NCBI GenBank assembly: GCA_951406725.2
Contig: OX597838.1
Coordinates: forward strand, 19,902,001 to 19,966,000
DNA: 64,000 bases
Reading direction: 5' to 3'
Source: Octopus vulgaris
Taxonomy: Eukaryota
Position numbers and translations under genes: made by a program. The notes beneath the pieces were generated by a model that was given only the letters and a program-made list of their open reading frames with translations, ran no database searches and was not told the origin of the DNA. Shown one piece after another: positions 1-11,655 of this stretch (its first letter is position 1; each line of letters opens with the position of its first letter).

Positions 1-588
1 TGTAGTCGACTTAATCCCTTTGTCTGTCCTTGTTTGTCCCCTCTGTGTTTAGCCCCTTGTGGGTAGTAAAGAAATATATATATAAAGTTAAATAAAGCCG
101 GTTTATGGGATTACTTTAGGTTTCACGTCCATAAAGCGCTCAGCTTTACAGCGTATCGTCAAATCCCAAACCTATTGGCTTTGTCATGAACGACAAATGA
201 GGGTTCGGTAAAATAAAGCGTTAATCATGTTCTATGGACACAAATGTGTCTCTCTTGAGGCCTGCTGGTGCCTTGCAAACCTTTTGATAAATGAAACAAG
301 TTGCGGGCTCAGTTTGCTTGAGTGCTTGTGGATCATTTGCTACGTGTTTTTTTTTTCTTTTTGAGTGGACGGCAGCGCCTGCTTTGCTTTTTGCCACAAA
401 TTACAATGACAGGCGAAGTTTCCATTTAGTGGAGTAGCGTGCCTTCGTGCTTGCAGGAAGTTGGTCCCGATGTTGGCGTTGACTTTGCTCAAATCTCTGA
501 TCTGAAGAGAAGCAGGTCCTGCGTTCTGATGCTTTGTTTTCCCATGAAATGTAGTGATGTATGTCAGTATGTATGTGTGCGCGCCCAC

Positions 589-607
589 TAATTTATTATT
601 ATTATTA

Positions 608-657
<50 letters not shown>
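589..657. repeat. (ATT)n microsatellite
   Basis: Direct reading. Confidence 0.95.
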
Positions 658-659
<2 letters not shown>

Positions 660-962
660 ATTCAGATATAATCGTAATTCACATCATCTGAAAGGAATTT
701 GTAGAAGATTTAATTAAAACTTATCTATTCTCAAAGTTATGAGGAAACAAAGTCAGGAGACGGGGAGGGTGCATTTGCGAAGAAATATCACAAGATGTAC
801 TGTTGGGCGGAAGGTGCATCTGTAACGTGAGTAATAAACCTACAAACTTCAAAGTATTCCTATACGCAATACAATTTCAACCTAACTCAATCTTTGCTTT
901 TAAATATGATTTATTAAATTTGAAAACAAATTACAAATATGAAACTGCATGAAGAGAATTAT

Positions 963-1057
963 GGCGAAAATAAAGAACACACACATCTGGCGTTTAGGGT
1001 TAGGGTTTAGGTTTAAGGTTACGCCGAAAACTGGTGTGCCTATTCTTTACCTCCGCC
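963..1057. mobile_element. 95-bp MITE with 9-bp TSD and internal TTAGGG-like repeats (Mutator-like)
   Basis: TSD GAGAATTAT at 954-962 and 1058-1066; imperfect TIRs GGCG...CGCC. Confidence 0.75.
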
Positions 1058-1323
1058 GAGAATTATGATAAAGAAAATTTACTATCTTTCGTGTATGTAC
1101 AAGGCTCACTGAATCTAGAATATACACTTCTAACTAATAAATGGCAATCTATAGCAAAGAGAGAAAATATATTTAGTTAATAATTAAGAAAAGCAAGGGA
1201 GACAACTCCTGAATTTCAATTCATCAAACCTGACTTGTGAATATTGTGATAGATTCCCAGTGCGAGCTAGCGAGGCTAAACTGAGAGGAAAGTAAAAGGC
1301 CGAACGGTTTGATAATTTTCCCG

Positions 1324-2100
1324 TTTGACCCGGTCATAAAACCAAAAAAAAAAAAAAAAAGATAGTGGGATCTTTTCCTTTTGAACGGCAGTTTTCAACA
1401 CAATTTCTAGGTAACTAAACACTTTTTAAACTTCGTATACTGGTAGAATGTGTCAAAATAAAACATTTTTTTCTCTTGGCTTTCTTGAGAAAATTGTAAT
1501 TTGTAAGTTTAACGTAGTTTAATTTTTCGAATTTTAACCAATCCTATGGCCTCTATTGAGCTAAAATCATTTGCTGCGTTAACTACGTTAAACTTACAAA
1601 TTACAATTTTCCCAAGAAAGCCAAGAGAAAAAAATGTTTTATTTTGACACATTCTACCAGTATACGAAGTTTAAAAGTGTTTAGTTAACTAGAAATTGTG
1701 TTGAAAACTGCCGTTCAATAGGAAAAGATGCAAATAGTGTAATAGGTGTAAAACAAATTCCTCTAAACGAATATAACAAAAAAAAAAAAAAGAATCCGCG
1801 CTCGCGAAAGGGGGTGGGGGAGAGGCCTCGAAGCCTCGGAAAATTCACATCGTGAATTTCCGAAAGCGTCTGAGGGTCTGACCCGGGCACAAAAACAACA
1901 AAATAAATAGTGTAATGTGTGTAAAACAACTTTCTCTAAACAGATATGACCGAAAAAATCCGCGCTCGCGAAAGTGGGGTGGGGGAGAGGACTCGGAAAA
2001 TTCACATCTTCAGTCCATGGCCTTTAAACTACAGTGTTTGACCCGGACGGAAAAAAAGAAAAAATAGTGTAATTGGTGTAAAACTACTTGTTCTAAACGA
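1324..2100. repeat. Degenerate ~160-bp tandem repeat (3 units, first interrupted by the MITE)
   Basis: TGACCCGG..AATAGTGTAAT..GTGTAAAAC recurs at 1326, 1879 and 2039; ATCCGCGCTCGCGAAAG at 1794 and 1958. Confidence 0.75.
1368..1731. mobile_element. Fold-back MITE with ~150-bp TIRs and GG termini (Merlin-like)
   Basis: GGATCTTTTCC...GGAAAAGATGC; 8-bp TSD AGATAGTG/AAATAGTG; a single arm of the same family at ~32650-32781 ends GATCC. Confidence 0.8.
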
Positions 2101-2356
2101 TTATCAATAACGTACACACACAAAGAGAAATGGTTGGTTCAAGGCAAGTGTGCATTGAACTGAATTTAAATAAGCAAGAAAGATATCAAAGAAAAGGCCC
2201 CACAAGTTTCCGTCTACCAAATCCCTTTGGTCGGCTCGATGATATAGCAAAAGACACTTATCCAAAGAGCACGCAGTGGGATTGAACCCGGAACCATGTG
2301 GTTGGGAAGCAAGCGTCTTACCACACAACTATGCCTGCGCCTAAGCACAATGTTCT

Positions 2357-2870
2357 CTGGCAGAAACGTTAGCGTGCCGGGCGAAATGCTTAGCGGTATT
2401 TCGTCTGGCGCAACGTTGTGAGTTCAAATTCCGCCGAGGTCGACTTTGCCTTTCATCCTTTCGGGGTCGATAAATTAAGTACCAGTTACCCACTGGGGTC
2501 GATGTAATCGATTTAATACCTATGTCTGTCCTTGTTTGTCCCCTCTGTGTTTAGCCCCTTGTGGGTAATAAAGAAATAGGTATAATGGGGGTGAGCTGGC
2601 AGAACTGTTAGCACGCCGGGCGAAATGCTGAGCGGTATTTCGTCTGTCGTTATGCTGTGAGTTCAAATTCCGCCGAGGTCGACTTTGCCTTTCATCCTTT
2701 CGGAGTCGATAAATTAAGTACCAGTTTGTCTGTCCTTGTTTGTCCCCTCTGTGTTTAGCCCCTTGTGGGTAGTAAAGAAATAGGTATAATGGGGGTCGAT
2801 ATAATCGACTTAATCCCTATGTTTGTCCTGTCTGTGTTTAGCCCCTTGTGGGTAGTAAAGAAATAGGTAT
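2357..2870 (+). mobile_element. Head-to-tail array of SINE family B (tRNA-derived, Meta-domain-like)
   Basis: GAGCTGGCAGAAACGTTAGC..GTTCAAATTCC..GCCTTTCATCCTTTCGGGGTCGATAAATTAAGTACCAG..AAAGAAATA; other copies at 1-76, 3447-3670, 7215-7440(-), 13665-13890(-), 14748-14950(-), 29505-29750(-), 31602-31825(-), 44283-44505. Confidence 0.85.
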
Positions 2871-3072
2871 AAAACTTCTGATTACAACCAGGCATTAAGC
2901 CCACCAGTTCTCACAACGTATCTGTATTTTTTCTACAAGCATGGCGAATTCTTTCGTTCTTAGAGGTAGAAGTATACAGTTCAATATTTTGTTTTGTTAT
3001 CAGATAAATTCGTTCACATTTTACTATCATTTATTTTTTAATCTTTATTATTTCGACGATAAGATAGCAGCT

Positions 3073-3145
3073 GGTTCCATGGTGTAGTGGTTATCACATC
3101 TGCTTAACACGCAGAAGGTCGTGAGTTCGAAACTCGCTGGAACCT
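3073..3145 (+). tRNA. tRNA-Val (anticodon AAC)
   Basis: Cloverleaf: acceptor GGTTCCA/TGGAACC, D-arm GTGTAGTGGTTATCAC, anticodon arm TCTGC-TT-AAC-AC-GCAGA, T-arm GTGAG-TTCGAAA-CTCGC; 73 nt. Confidence 0.92.
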
Positions 3146-3155
3146 CAAAGGGCTA

Positions 3156-3163
3156 TTTTTTTT
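3156..3163 (+). terminator. Pol III oligo-T terminator of tRNA-Val
   Basis: T8 run ~10 nt after the tRNA 3' end. Confidence 0.75.
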
Positions 3164-4071
3164 GTATATGCAGTTGGTTGCGTGGTTAAGAAACTTGCTT
3201 TCCAGCTATGATGCATCGAGTTCAGTCTCAACATTGGAAAGGAACGAATTTATTTCACGACCCAATGTGTGTGAGAGCGCGCGTGTTTGTACATAAATAC
3301 ACACACGCACATATTTAGTTATGGTATATTCTGTTAAGAACGCAGTAGGGTACAGTATAAAGCTCGTCCACCCTGTGCTCTCTAGTAGTAGTAGTATACG
3401 TACTTTTAGGTTTGCGTTTGGGCTTCTGTCGTGTGTGAATATATAGAGCTGGCAGAACCGTTAGCACGCCGGGCGAAATGCGTAGCCGTATTTCGTCTGC
3501 CGTTACGTTCTGGTTTCAAATTCCGCCGAGGTCGACTTTGCCTTTCATCCTTTCGTGATCGATAAATTAAGTACCAGTTACGCACTGAGATCGATGTAAT
3601 CGACTTAATCCGTTTGTCTGTCCTTGTTTGTCCCCTCTGTGTTTAGCCCCTTGTGGGTAGTAAAGAAATAAATATATAACTGAAAAAATTGGAGTCAACA
3701 AGAAGGGGTACGGTTGAACATTTATTTTTTAATCACTACAATTGTTTCCGCACAACGTAGTTCTCCAGGTGTGCAGGTACTTGATTATGCAACCGTTTCC
3801 CTGCATCATGAGATCTAGTTGTGTTTACTCAGGCGATACGTAAATATTGTCTCCGTAAGTTCAAATTCTTGGCTTCAAGAACATCTCTGTCTGTCGTAGC
3901 CTGTATTTAGTAGGGTTTTCTTTTTCCGATTATATATATATATATATATACAAAATAAGAAAATGGAGAAATACATCGAAATCAAATATCAATTACCAGA
4001 TAATACTCAATCACATACTTTATTAAACCACCACATAAGAAACTATAAGGTTAGACATAATAATGTAGGGT

Positions 4072-4074
4072 ATA

Positions 4075-4154
<80 letters not shown>
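4072..4154. repeat. (TA)n microsatellite
   Basis: Direct reading. Confidence 0.95.
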
Positions 4155-4155
<1 letters not shown>

Positions 4156-5424
4156 TTAATAAATGGGGTTCAGCAAAGATTTGCTTTACCACATACCGAA
4201 GTTTAGAAATAGCAGCCAAAAAACGTTAGCTATTTCTTCTACTTTAAAAAGGGACTCCCAGAAAAACCAAAATACTTGAAAACAATCACACAGGCAGAGA
4301 GGAATATATATATATATATATATTATCATTTAACGTCCGTTTTCCATGATTGCATAGGTTAGAGGATTCCACACCAGCCGGCGAGGCCAACGACTGCATT
4401 TAGCCCTAATGCCTACTTTAGAATGGTTTCTACGGCTGGCTGCTCTATCTAACGTCAACCACTTTACAGAATATACTGGGAGCTTTTTGAGTGGCACCAA
4501 CACTGGTGAGGTTACCAAGAAGCTCACAGATTAGACCCTTCGTCTCAGGGTGTTGTGGTATTAAGAGAGATGGGTTTCTGCCAGATGATGAGAGGTTAAA
4601 GTGTAATAGAGGGACAGGAACAGGTGTCTTGCTGCAGAGGAGATACACGGCTACCCTAGTTAGAACAGTAAGATGGTAGTGAAAATGTGTCAAGGTGTTT
4701 CCTCGTGGTACAAGGAAAATGAATATAAGAATAGTACAGCGGATTGAACAGGCTGAGTGGGAAGATATGTTCGCAGGAGCGTGAAAGTGAAAGAAACCCG
4801 TCGTATATATGTGTGTGTGTATATGTTTGTGTCTGTGTTTGTCATCATTGCTTGACAACCGATGTTGTTGTGTTTACGTCCCCGTAACTTAGCGGTTCGG
4901 CAAAAGAGACCGATAGAATAAGTACTAGGCTTACAAAGTATAAATCCTGGGATCGATTTGTTCGACTAAAAAGGCAGTGCTCCAGCATGGCCGCAGTCAA
5001 CTGACTGAAACAAATAAAAGAATTTAAAAAATATAAAGAGCCTTATGACAGCAAATTAAGAGAAAGTGTGTGGAAAGGAAATACTTTGAATATAAGCTAA
5101 AATATAGTTGTAAGGTAAACTATTTAATGTATGTGAAATTGAGGAATTAGAAAAAATATATATCCTTCAATTCTATCATTTTAAGGGATTTTTAAAAATA
5201 TTTTTAGTGACTTCGACCACAGCCACCGAAATCTGTACCCATAAGTAAAAGAGTACCATAGCCCAGAGTATAAGTGGTCACTCGACCTACTAGAAATAGC
5301 AGTTCAATTGTTTTTCCTCAAATCTCAAGTAATTGTTTGATATAAAAATGGAGAAGCTTCACAGATCATAGATCCGCTGGCTTATGGCTAGTCTGGGATT
5401 AAAACGACGACACAAACACACGTA

Positions 5425-5712
5425 CTCACACTAAATATATCCCACATAAACAACCACACACACACATATATACACACTAAATGTAACGCACATAAACAAC
5501 CACACACATATCCACACTAAACGTAACGCACATAAACAATCACACACACACGCATATACACACTAAACTTACCGCACATAAACAACCACACACACACACA
5601 CATATACACACTAAACGTAGCACACATAAACAAGCCGACACACACACACATATACACACTAAACGTAACGCACACAAACAAGCCAGCACACACACACACA
5701 CACACATATGCA
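5425..5712. repeat. ~40-44-bp minisatellite immediately upstream of CTR9
   Basis: About six units of ACACTAAACGTAACGCACATAAACAACC(AC)nATAT. Confidence 0.85.
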
Positions 5713-5730
5713 CGCAGGTCTATCAGACAC

Positions 5731-5781
5731 ATCACGTGACCGCTCATATTTTCTCGTCTTCTTAGAGTGAAGAGCTCAGTC
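5731..5781 (+). promoter_or_regulatory. Putative CTR9 core promoter: E-box ATCACGTGAC and Inr-like TCAGT
   Basis: ATCACGTGAC at 5731-5740 and TCAGTC at 5776-5781, 25-75 nt upstream of the CTR9 ATG, in a locally CpG-rich segment. Confidence 0.45.
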
Positions 5782-5805
5782 GTATTCATTGTCCGATCAT
5801 TAAGC

Positions 5806-5850
5806 ATGTCGGCCGGATCTATCGAGATCCCTCTCCGTGATACGGACGAG
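5806..5850 (+). CDS. CTR9: CTR9 (PAF1 complex TPR subunit) coding exon 1
   Basis: MSAGSIEIPLRDTDE followed by gtaaga; matches the CTR9 N-terminus (human MSRGSIEIPLRDTDE). Confidence 0.97.
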
Positions 5851-6432
5851 GTAAGACCCCTTTTTTTCTGTTATTGTTTTGTCAAAATACTTACTACCGT
5901 GTAATAGATATTTCCAACGAGACCTTTATACGCAGCATGTCGTCTTTTTTTCCCCAAGACGAGTATCATTAACCACTTCCTTCCTAATTTGGCTCTTTTA
6001 TTGGATGCGATGTTTTAAAACCCAACCAGTGAAGTGTGTTCGTCTCGTCTTTAAACCACATGGCCTATGTCTAGCTTCACAGACACGCATATCCTATATA
6101 TGTTTACACATGTGTAAATAAATACGTCTATGGCAATATATGTGTATTTGTCCGTGTGTATTTATGCATAAAATGGTTGTATAGTTCGTAATTTGAGTTG
6201 TGGTTAGACGAAAATATTAAATATTAAATTCTTCCCGTTCACTTTCACTTGTAAATAATCTTGATAATATTTATTAAAATATATATATCAATTGCCCTTC
6301 ATCTCACATCTACAACCTGGCTACTGACGCTATTATACACGTGTGTGAAATTGGATTCAGGAACGTACTTTCCGTGACCAGTTTGTTGTATGTATTGTTT
6401 ATCATTAAAACAAAATAATAAAGTAAAGCTAA

Positions 6433-6545
6433 CATTGTATTGGCATTATATGTCATATATATATATGTTATATTGAAGGAATGCCCATTGTATTGGCATT
6501 ATATGTCATATATATATGTTATATCGAAGGAATGCCCATTGTATT
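6433..6545. repeat. ~54-bp tandem duplication
   Basis: CATTGTATTGGCATTATATGTCATAT..GAAGGAATGCC twice. Confidence 0.85.
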
Positions 6546-7743
6546 TAATGTCGATAATGAAATACGTATGCTTGACAAGTGAACTTAACTGAGATTGCGT
6601 GTCCCAACACACTTCACTTGCCAAACATGTACATTTATACTTAGATTGCACCAGTGGAAGTCTAGTTTCTTTCAATTTCAACCAATATTCCTAATTATCT
6701 TTCATGTTTACTGTTGATTCCATGTTTAAAGATTGGAATTAACTTTCTACAACTCTTGCATTTGTGTTTAAACTGGTGTAATAGTGCGCGCACGCTCACA
6801 CATACACACCATAGTGTATTATATGGCGATTATTTATTTATTTATATGTGGTGTGTGTTTTCAAAATCCACTTTTTTGTTTGTTTTTGTTATCTATAATG
6901 GCGCTGTAAATGTAAACATTTTCCCCCTTTACGTTTTCGTTTCAAATCCAGCCGAGGTCGACATTGTCTTTCGTTCTCCAAGAGAACCATAACTTGACTA
7001 CCAATTGAAATTCATCGATATACTCCCACCCCACGTAGAATTCTGTCCTTTTGTCTATATAAGAAACCAATTAACAGGGTGGTGAATTGGCAGAACCGTT
7101 TACAGCGCCAAACAAAATGCTGTGCAGCACTTAGTCACCGCCCTTTACGTTGCGAGTTCAACTCCCGACGCGGTCGACTCTGCCTTTCGTCTCTCCGGGG
7201 GTGATAGATAAAGTACCTATTTCTTTATTACCCACAAGGGGCTAAACATAGAGGGGACAGACATAGGTATTAAGTCGATTGTATCGACTCCAGTGCGTAA
7301 CTGGTACTTAATTTATCGACCCCGAAAGGATGAAAGGTAAAGTCGACCTCGGCGGAATTTGAACTCACAACGTAACGGCAGACGAAATACCGCTAACCAT
7401 TTCGCCCGACGTGCTTACGTCCCTGCCAGCTCGCCGCCTTAATAGATAAAGTACCACTCAAGTACTGGGATCGATTTAATCGATTGACACCAACCTCCCA
7501 AATTCCTGGTTTTATGCCCCTATATTAGAAACGATTATTATTGTTATTATTTAGAGGAGGGAAGGCCAGTAGATAAAGCTTATTTCCTCTAGATTGATGA
7601 GAGAAAACTAGGTGAAATTAATGCGTTTAATGTTCAGTTTCAATTCTGACAAGTTGCTGGTCAAGGGAGAAGGTTAACGCGAGGAAGGCGAAAGAGTTAT
7701 AGAAAGGGGTGCGTGAGGTTTCCTGGTCATTTACACTTTAGAG

Positions 7744-8235
7744 CAGGGGTTCTCAACCATATCTTATCTATGGACCCCTTTTATTACTATTTTATTCTGA
7801 GCTATTCGATATTTAAAATTATAGAAACTCCGGCATTCTTTCGATATAACTCGACAGAATCAAAACATTTCACTTCGGGTATATCGAAATTATGCCAGCA
7901 ATGTCTCATTTCAGACTTGAAGAAAAAAAGCCTTGCATATTTGTTCTTACCTGTTTCATGTGTGTATGTAAAATCCGCAAATTTCCAAACAGAAAACAGA
8001 ATCGAACTGTCATTTGCTTCCACGGAAATACTCGAAGTGAACTGTTTTGATTTTGTCGAGTTATATCGAAAGAATGCTGAAACTCCTCTCAAAATTCCTA
8101 TTTTGGTTTTCACATTAACTTAGACCCTGCCTGTTTCTTGCAATACATACCAATGCATACATTTTTTCAGGGGCCCTTAAAATACTATTGGGAATTCCCC
8201 CAAAATCTTATATGGACCCTGGTTGAGAACCACTA
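7744..8235. mobile_element. hAT (Charlie-like) MITE carrying a nested MITE
   Basis: TIR CAGGGGTTCTCAACC/GGTTGAGAACCACTA; TSD CTTTAGAG/TTTTAGAG; uninterrupted relative at ~35568-35854. Confidence 0.85.
7832..8078. mobile_element. Nested MITE with ~55-bp TIRs and 8-bp TSD
   Basis: GGCATTCTTTCGATATAACTCGACA.../...TGTCGAGTTATATCGAAAGAATGCT; TSD GAAACTCC on both sides. Confidence 0.85.
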
Positions 8236-8599
8236 TTTTAGAGGGCGGTCTAGTCCTAATTCTAATCCTAAAAGTAGCCTGGCTCAGATCATTTCACCAC
8301 ATAGACTATGGATACTACTGTATACCGTACACTAAAGTAGCACCAATTAGACGTGTTTTCACGATTTGTGCTTGATATTATTACATGAATATTAAAAAAT
8401 AGCTCACTATAAAAATAGAATTGCTCTGTTGTCATAGCTGACACCTTTCGTTTGCAATGTCTCTGTTTTCCAAGCATGAAATGAAATTTTAAAATTCTGG
8501 TTTTGCCTAGCAGCAATTGAAATGGGAATCAATAACAGATCATTTCCAAAAATGTGGCTGGCACAAGTAAATCCAAAGAACCACCTTTAGCTGAAACAG

Positions 8600-9370
8600 G
8601 AGTATTATTACTAAGTGGTTGTAACACCTGCGAGAGGAAGTATGATAGCCCAGAGTTGCTGGAGATATTCGCCCCACAAAGTGACCTGGTTGGAGGCCCC
8701 ATAATAGGGTTTATGGTCCTTCCGTAACCCATACACCATAGGAACATTATTGTTTTGAATACTTGGAAATTTTGTGCTCTGTTTTTTGAGGTTGGAGGAG
8801 TATGTTGCACCACATTCCCATTTGTGCATTGAGAAGTTTTTCAACTTTTTCATGTTCGTGTGGTGCAACCTCTCTCATGCTACTGGTGTGATTTTGCATG
8901 GTCTGGACATAGTTCTGCGAGCTGTCTACTGACATTCTGCCAAACTTGTTCGTAGGAAGGCACACTAATTCCTTGTCCCTAATTCGCCGTTTCAGTTTTT
9001 GTAGGCCACTGGCAACTATTGAGCTGATTTGGTGGGACACCCCTCATTATGTTTTCTAGTGGTTTTGTTATATTGGTCTGAAATGAATCTAGAATGTCAG
9101 TAAATAGCCCACAGAGCTATGTCTAGACCATGCAACAAAATATTGGTAGCATGAGAGAGGTTGCACCACAGGAACATGAAAAAGTAGAAAAACTTCTCAA
9201 TGCATGGATGGGAATGTGGTAACATACTCCAGCACAAAAAATGGACTGCACAAAATTTCCAAGCATTCGACAATTATGTCCCTATGCTCTACGGATTACA
9301 GAAGGATCATAAACCCTATGTAGACCCTGTTACGGGGCCCCCAACTAGACTTGTTTGCAGGGTGAATATC
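8600..9370. mobile_element. Degenerate Penelope-like RT N-terminal fragments in inverted orientation
   Basis: Frameshifted motifs LVCLPTNKFGRMSV, PMVYGLRKDHKP and GPPTRSLCGA on - (8600-9040); second copy PMLYGLQKDHKP..GPPTRLVC on + (9091-9370). Confidence 0.65.
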
Positions 9371-9413
9371 TTGATAATCCTTCTTATAATAATAATTTAA
9401 TGTATGTGCTATC

Positions 9414-9912
9414 CAGGGCTGGATTTAGACCTTCTGGGTACCCCTGGCCCTATAAGTTTCGAGGGCTCCAACACCATCATCATAGACATTCAATGTCTGC
9501 TTTCCATGCTGGCATGGATTGGGCAGCTTGACAGGAACTGACAAAGCTAAGGGTTGCACCAGCTGGATGCCCTTCCTCATCCCAACTACTTTACAGAAGT
9601 ATTGGGTGCTTTTTACATGACACCTTGGTTTCAGGATCTCAATTTTGTTGTGCTGAGCAGGTCTTCTCGAGTACAGCATAGCTCAACGTATCTTGGTCTC
9701 CTGTCATCTCCTGCTATTTTACTAATTCAAGCATAAGGTGAACTCTATTTGATGTTAAAGATTTAAACGAGTAAATATAAAATTACCGATTTGATTGACG
9801 TAAATATATTTTTTAATGTTTAACTCCAGGCTTCTCGAAGTTAAAGGTGCCACCCAAGCTTAGGGGCATCTGGGCCATGACCCATATTGGCCCATACATG
9901 AATCCAGCTCTG
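9414..9912. mobile_element. hAT-type MITE with a nested SINE/LINE tail
   Basis: TIR CAGGGCTGGATTTA/TGAATCCAGCTCTG; TSD GTGCTATC/GTGCTGTC. Confidence 0.75.
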
Positions 9913-10653
9913 GTGCTGTCACACATTAACTGACACTCCGTTGGTTATGACTATGATAGTTGCAGTTGGTTTAATCGATGGAACAGCCTGCTTGTGAAAT
10001 TAACATGCAAGTGGCTGTGTTTGTGTGTCATCCCCTCCCCCACAAAATCACCGCTTGACAACTGGTGTTGGTGTGTTTACATCCCTGTAACTTTGCAGTT
10101 TGGCAAACATGACAAATAGGATAAGTATTAGACTTTAAAAAATAAATCCTGGGGTGGATTTAAAAAATTTTTTTTACTAAGAATTTTTCAAGGCGATGCT
10201 CCAGCATGGCTGCAGTCAAATGACTGAAACAAATAAAAGAATATATGTGTGTGCCCCTGTCCTGACATCATAGGATAGTTATAAATGAGCATCACTGTCA
10301 TACAAGTGATGTTTGTTTCCGTTCTTCATGAAAAGCATGTCTGACTGTGAGGAAATACTACCTTGCTTGCTTGGAAACAGGTAAAAATTGGGGGACAGGA
10401 AGAACATCCAGCTGTAGAAAATCTGCCTCTGTAAATTTGGTCTGACCCAGGCATACATGGAAGAGTGGACTTTAAATGATGATGATGTCAAGTCGTTGCA
10501 CATGAACATCAACAATCTAAAAAATATCTACAAAGTACCAACAGGGGAGTCTTAACATGGTTGCTCTTCTCAGTAGAAATAGCAGCCAAATCTCCTTCAA
10601 ATCACACTCTACTGTCTTGATATGTACATGTTGCATAATGTAGTTCTAGATAA

Positions 10654-11040
10654 GCGTAGGAGTGGCTGTGTGGTAAGTAGCTTGTTTGTCAACCACTTGG
10701 TTCCTGGTTCAGTCCCACTGCGTGGCACCTTGGGCAAGTGTCTTCTACTATAGCCTCAGGCCAACCAAAGCCTTGTGAGTGGATTTGGTAGACGGAAACT
10801 GAAAGAAGCCTGTCGTATATATGTGTGTGTTTGTATGTTTGTGAGTCTGTGTTTGTCCCCCCAACATCGCTTGACAACCGATGCTGGTGTGTTTACGTCC
10901 CCGTAACTTAGCGGTTTGGCAAAAGAGACCAATAGAATAAGTACTGGGCTTACAAAGAATAAGTCCTGGGGTTGATTTGCTCGACTTAAGGCGGTGCTCC
11001 AGTATGGCCACAGTCAAATGACTGCAACAAGTAAAAGTCT
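10654..11040 (+). mobile_element. SINE family A (tRNA-derived head, internal (TA/TG)n, GAAACAAGTAAAAGAG tail)
   Basis: GGCGCAGGAGTGGCTGTGTGGTAAG..GGTTCAGTCCC (A/B boxes); full or partial copies at 15015-15420, 23646-24010, 28860-29010, 40503-40803, 42152-42500, 42999-43408, 49796-50220, 51535-51950(-), 14400-14570(-), 2200-2342(-). Confidence 0.88.
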
Positions 11041-11248
11041 AAAGAGAAAGAGTATACATCTTGCTTGAAAACAAGATGGGGTGGTCATGTTTGGAATGTT
11101 TTTTGGTCGTAGCTCTGCTCAAAAAAAGGCCAATCTGGAGTTAAACACCAACATATACACATCCTGTAGGCAAACTCCATAGAAGCTACCAAGCTTCTTG
11201 GCACGTGGAACCAGGCCATGGAAGGTGTATGGGGAAGGAATCCACAAG

Positions 11249-11406
11249 GATTATAGGTAAGTTCATCACAGGTGAGTTCACCACCATCAATTCATTGTGA
11301 AGAAAATTCACCGCGAGGAAAGTTTTTTTTTTTCCTTTTACTGTGAACTTATCTCTCTGAAATCTTTCCTTGTGGTGAATTGATGACGGTGAACTTACCA
11401 GGCATG
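11249..11406. mobile_element. Mutator-like fold-back MITE with internal ~15-bp repeats
   Basis: GGTAAGTTCA../..TGAACTTACC inverted ends; 9-bp TSD ATCCACAAG at 11240 and 11407. Confidence 0.65.
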
Positions 11407-11556
11407 ATCCACAAGGCTGTGTACCTCAAGAGAATTCTGGCTTCTTGATATATGTATCCAGGTCCAGGGTAAAAGCTCTCAAGACTTTGTGCCGTGAGGA
11501 GAATCGTCAACAAGAACACGACATGATGATGACATATTTTTCTCTCTGTTTTTTAG

Positions 11557-11655
11557 GTGATTGAGTTGGATCTTGACCAGTTGCCTGATGGTGAAGAAGT
11601 ATTGAATATTCTTCGACAAGAAATTGCCCCATTAAACATTTGGGTCAATTTGGCT
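11557..11655 (+). CDS. CTR9: CTR9 exon 2
   Basis: ttttag|[33 protein letters not shown]|gtaagt. Confidence 0.96.

Noticed and set aside
995-1021. True telomere or chromosome fusion site
   Set aside because: Only ~4 degenerate units, enclosed in a TSD-flanked element
3735-3822. Possible hammerhead on the minus strand (GAAACAATTG)
   Set aside because: No convincing CUGANGA core or stem II could be assigned
7713-8123. Overlapping 136-aa and 103-aa ORFs
   Set aside because: They lie within nested palindromic MITEs; the mirrored peptides come from the TIRs
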